Assembly: GCA_951804945.1 (NCBI GenBank)
Contig: OX638158.1
Coordinates: forward strand, 43,772,001-43,836,000
Length of the DNA: 64,000 bases
Origin: Podarcis cretensis
Lineage: Eukaryota
Direction: 5' to 3'
The position numbers and the translations under genes were made by a program. Of this stretch, positions 61,470 to 64,000 are shown in pieces. The notes under the pieces are model-generated. The model was given only the letters and a program-made list of their open reading frames with translations. It made no database searches and was not told where the DNA came from. Position 1 is the stretch's first letter, and the number at the start of each line of letters is the position of its first letter.

Positions 61470-62274
61470 TATGGTTACCAGACGTCCCCATTTCCCAGGG
61501 ACAGTCCCCGGATTTACAAATCTGTCCCTGGACAAAATCAGTCCCCAGAATGTCCCTGGATTTCATTTAATGTCCCCGGATATATATTTTAAATGTTGTA
61601 GATTTATTAGTAGGGAATGAATGTTGCATGATTGGTTCAACAGCACAAGACACATCATATGGGGACTTCTGGTGAGGCAAAGTGGTGGGCGCCACAGCAA
61701 CGAGCAGCTCCTGAAGCCAGTCAGAGCCAACTGCACTACCAGGCTAGCTCCGGGCTGTTGAGACTGCCGCTGCCACCACCACCGCCACTGCCAAGGGGGA
61801 ACTGGGGATGCCCAGTGTGTCAACTGGGGGAACCGCTGACCCCCGCAACCCAAATCGAGTCGGGAGCAAGAGCGCCCAGCCACCAGGCCAACTGCCCAGC
61901 GGCGCTCTGGGGCCAAGAAAACCCCGGAGCCAACGCAGGGAGGAGGAGAAGGAATAGAGAGAAAGAGGAAGGAGAAAAAAGAGGGGAGCCCCAACCTTGC
62001 TGTGCCACTGCCAATGCTGAGGAGGAGAGGTAGGAGAGCACCAGGAGGGCAAGGCCATGTGGCCGAGCCCAGGCCTGACCTGAGCCTACTCCACGGTGGC
62101 TAGCGCTCCAAAAGAGCAGGCCAGGGCCCATAGAAAGGTCATGCAACAGAGGAGACAACGGAAGAGAAGATATTAGTTCTTTAAAAAAAAACTTTTAAAA
62201 AGAACTTTCTTTTCTCTTTTAAAAAAATAAATAAAAGTGTCCCCAGATTCTTTGCAAAAAATCTGGAAACCTTA
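61470..62274. mobile_element. 805-bp non-autonomous hAT element, same family as 47080-47182
   Basis: TIR TATGGTTACCAGA / TCTGGAAACCTTA, perfect TSD TCTTAAAT (61462-61469 / 62275-62282), subterminal TGTCCC repeats. Confidence 0.88.
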
Positions 62275-63420
62275 TCTTAAATGGATGCCAGCGTGGGGCT
62301 TAGGGTCAGCATGATGTTAATCACATTGATGCAACTGATACATATTTTACAAAAAGCTCCTACTGGTGCCAATGGATCCTTCCTCTGAAAGGCAAATAGC
62401 ATCTTCAGAGATGCATGCCTTTGTTGGGGCATGAAAGGGGAGAGAGTTCAACTCCCCTCTTTCACCCCAACCACCCCAACTTCTGCTCAGGCTTCCTAGC
62501 GGTCGCTGGGATTGCATTCAAGTAATTGCTATCTAGCTTCCTTGGGCTGCTGCTGTATTACTCATCAAAGACCTACCAGGCAGCTGCTTTGCCAGATGTT
62601 CCATCTGCCACATGACAAGAGCTTTTTAAAAAGCAGGCATCGTGTGGTTTCTGCTGGATTGTGTTGTCCTTGATGGTGATGCTGAAGAATCTTCATGCAC
62701 TTCTTTGTCCGAGCTGTTTAGTACTTAACTGGAAGTGCAGGAACAAATATTTCCAAATGAAAAGGAACAAACTCTCTGGCCTCTTTTGACTGGAGAAGCT
62801 GGGTATAATAAAAAACAAACAATCCACATCAATGTGTCCCACATCAATCAGTGCAGATTGGCTGCTGTGGGAAATGTGGATGCACACTAACTTAGCGCAA
62901 TGCATTGTGGAGAGGGAGGGGGTTTCTCCCAGTGGAGGAATCTCTTAACTCTAATGTGCTTTTCTTTATTTGTTCTCATCCAAACTCATTTCAGAGATTC
63001 ACGCAAGCCATTTTGTTATTTCTCCTTGGGTCCTCAAGTTGTCGTTCCTGCAGCCATGTGAACACATACACGATTACTTCTGCTTAAGGGCTTGGTTTTC
63101 CTTAACATTAATGGGCTGAACCTGATGTAATTATACTGACTTTGACCCAAAGGCCTTGACCTTATTAAATCTGTGACTTACGAGAAAAACGGCTTAACTG
63201 AAATGGCCATTTATTGGAATTCCCTTCTGAAGACATGGAGTTTTTATTCATAGAACGGAGGCTGCTGCAGCTGAGTCATTCTATATTTTGTTTTCCCTAG
63301 CCAGCTCCAGAACTCTGGAAACTGGTCAAAAGCTAAAAACAAAAAAGCCAGACGCAGACAGTATATCTTATGTCGACAAACTTATTCAGCACTAAAATTA
63401 AATGTGGGACAAAGAATCAT

Positions 63421-63560
63421 CTACTACTACTACTACTACTACTACTAATAATAATAATAATAATACCCCACCCATCTGGCAGGGTTATGCCAGCCACTCT
63501 TTGCAGCTTCCAACAGATATAAAAGCATAATAAGTCATCAAACATTTAGCATCCCTTCAG
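63421..63560 (-). mobile_element. L2 tail fragment with a (CTA)n(ATA)n microsatellite
   Basis: Matches 14180-14270. A further stub lies at ~63770-63832. Confidence 0.7.
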
Positions 63561-64000
63561 TGGCTTCTCACTCATGATGCTGAGGCTTTCTCTGTGATGG
63601 ATGAGTTTCCATGCCTAAAAATAGTAAGGTGCTGTTTTTAGGGCTTTCATCCAGTTAATAAACATTAGTTTGTCACATGAAATATAGTTGATGAATCAGT
63701 TTAGTCCTTCTGCTACCTGCCACTTTTCCTCTGCGCCCCTTCTCTTTCACCACTAAATACACCAAACAATAATGATAATAATAATTAATAATTTTTATTA
63801 TTTATATCCTGCCCATCTGACTGGCTTTCCCTCTGTATACAGCCATCAGCGTAGGTACACCATGTTGATCAGTGCTTTCTTTCTAAAAAAATGTTTAGGG
63901 GCACTCTCATTCTGTCTGAGACTCTGGAAACACTGTGACAGGAAATGTGGCCGCCATTGGAGGTAGCAATGGAAGTGATGATTCACTGTGCTAGAGAAGA

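Noticed and set aside
61563-62158. Pro/Gly-rich ORFs of 104-143 aa
   Set aside because: They lie inside a TSD-flanked hAT element. The open frames reflect GC content and show no domain.
151-63966. Remaining 60-150-aa ORFs as host genes
   Set aside because: None resembles a protein family I recognise or shows consistent exon structure. Short exons of a large host gene cannot be excluded without alignment.

Overview
This is repeat-rich vertebrate genomic DNA, almost certainly from a squamate. Sauria SINEs and BovB point there; a lacertid lizard is an inference. I could not identify any host protein-coding exon, so the window looks intronic or intergenic. All recognisable coding sequence is transposon-derived: a young 4.7-kb 5'-truncated L1-clade LINE (ORF1 C-terminal half plus full-length ORF2 with three 1-bp frameshifts), a BovB/RTE 3' end, a Penelope GIY-YIG 3' end carrying a minimal hammerhead ribozyme, a Buster/Charlie-type hAT remnant, and CR1, L2 and old-L1 fragments. 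There are also four Sauria SINEs, tRNA-derived SINEs, solo LTRs, and many hAT and Tc1/mariner MITEs, several nested and with readable target-site duplications (TSDs). Candidate host regulatory sequence includes a CpG-enriched block at about 43.2-43.9 kb with CTCF, CCAAT, TATA-like and GC-box motifs, and a consensus RFX X-box at 34.41 kb. The least readily explained items are a TSD-flanked 1.39-kb L1-tailed retroposon with no recognisable ORF, a MITE family carrying CTCF-like motifs, target-templated filler at the L1 5' junction, and a near-perfect 21-bp hairpin inside a decayed L1. There is an assembly gap at 8466-8662. I found no convincing wholly new biological system.
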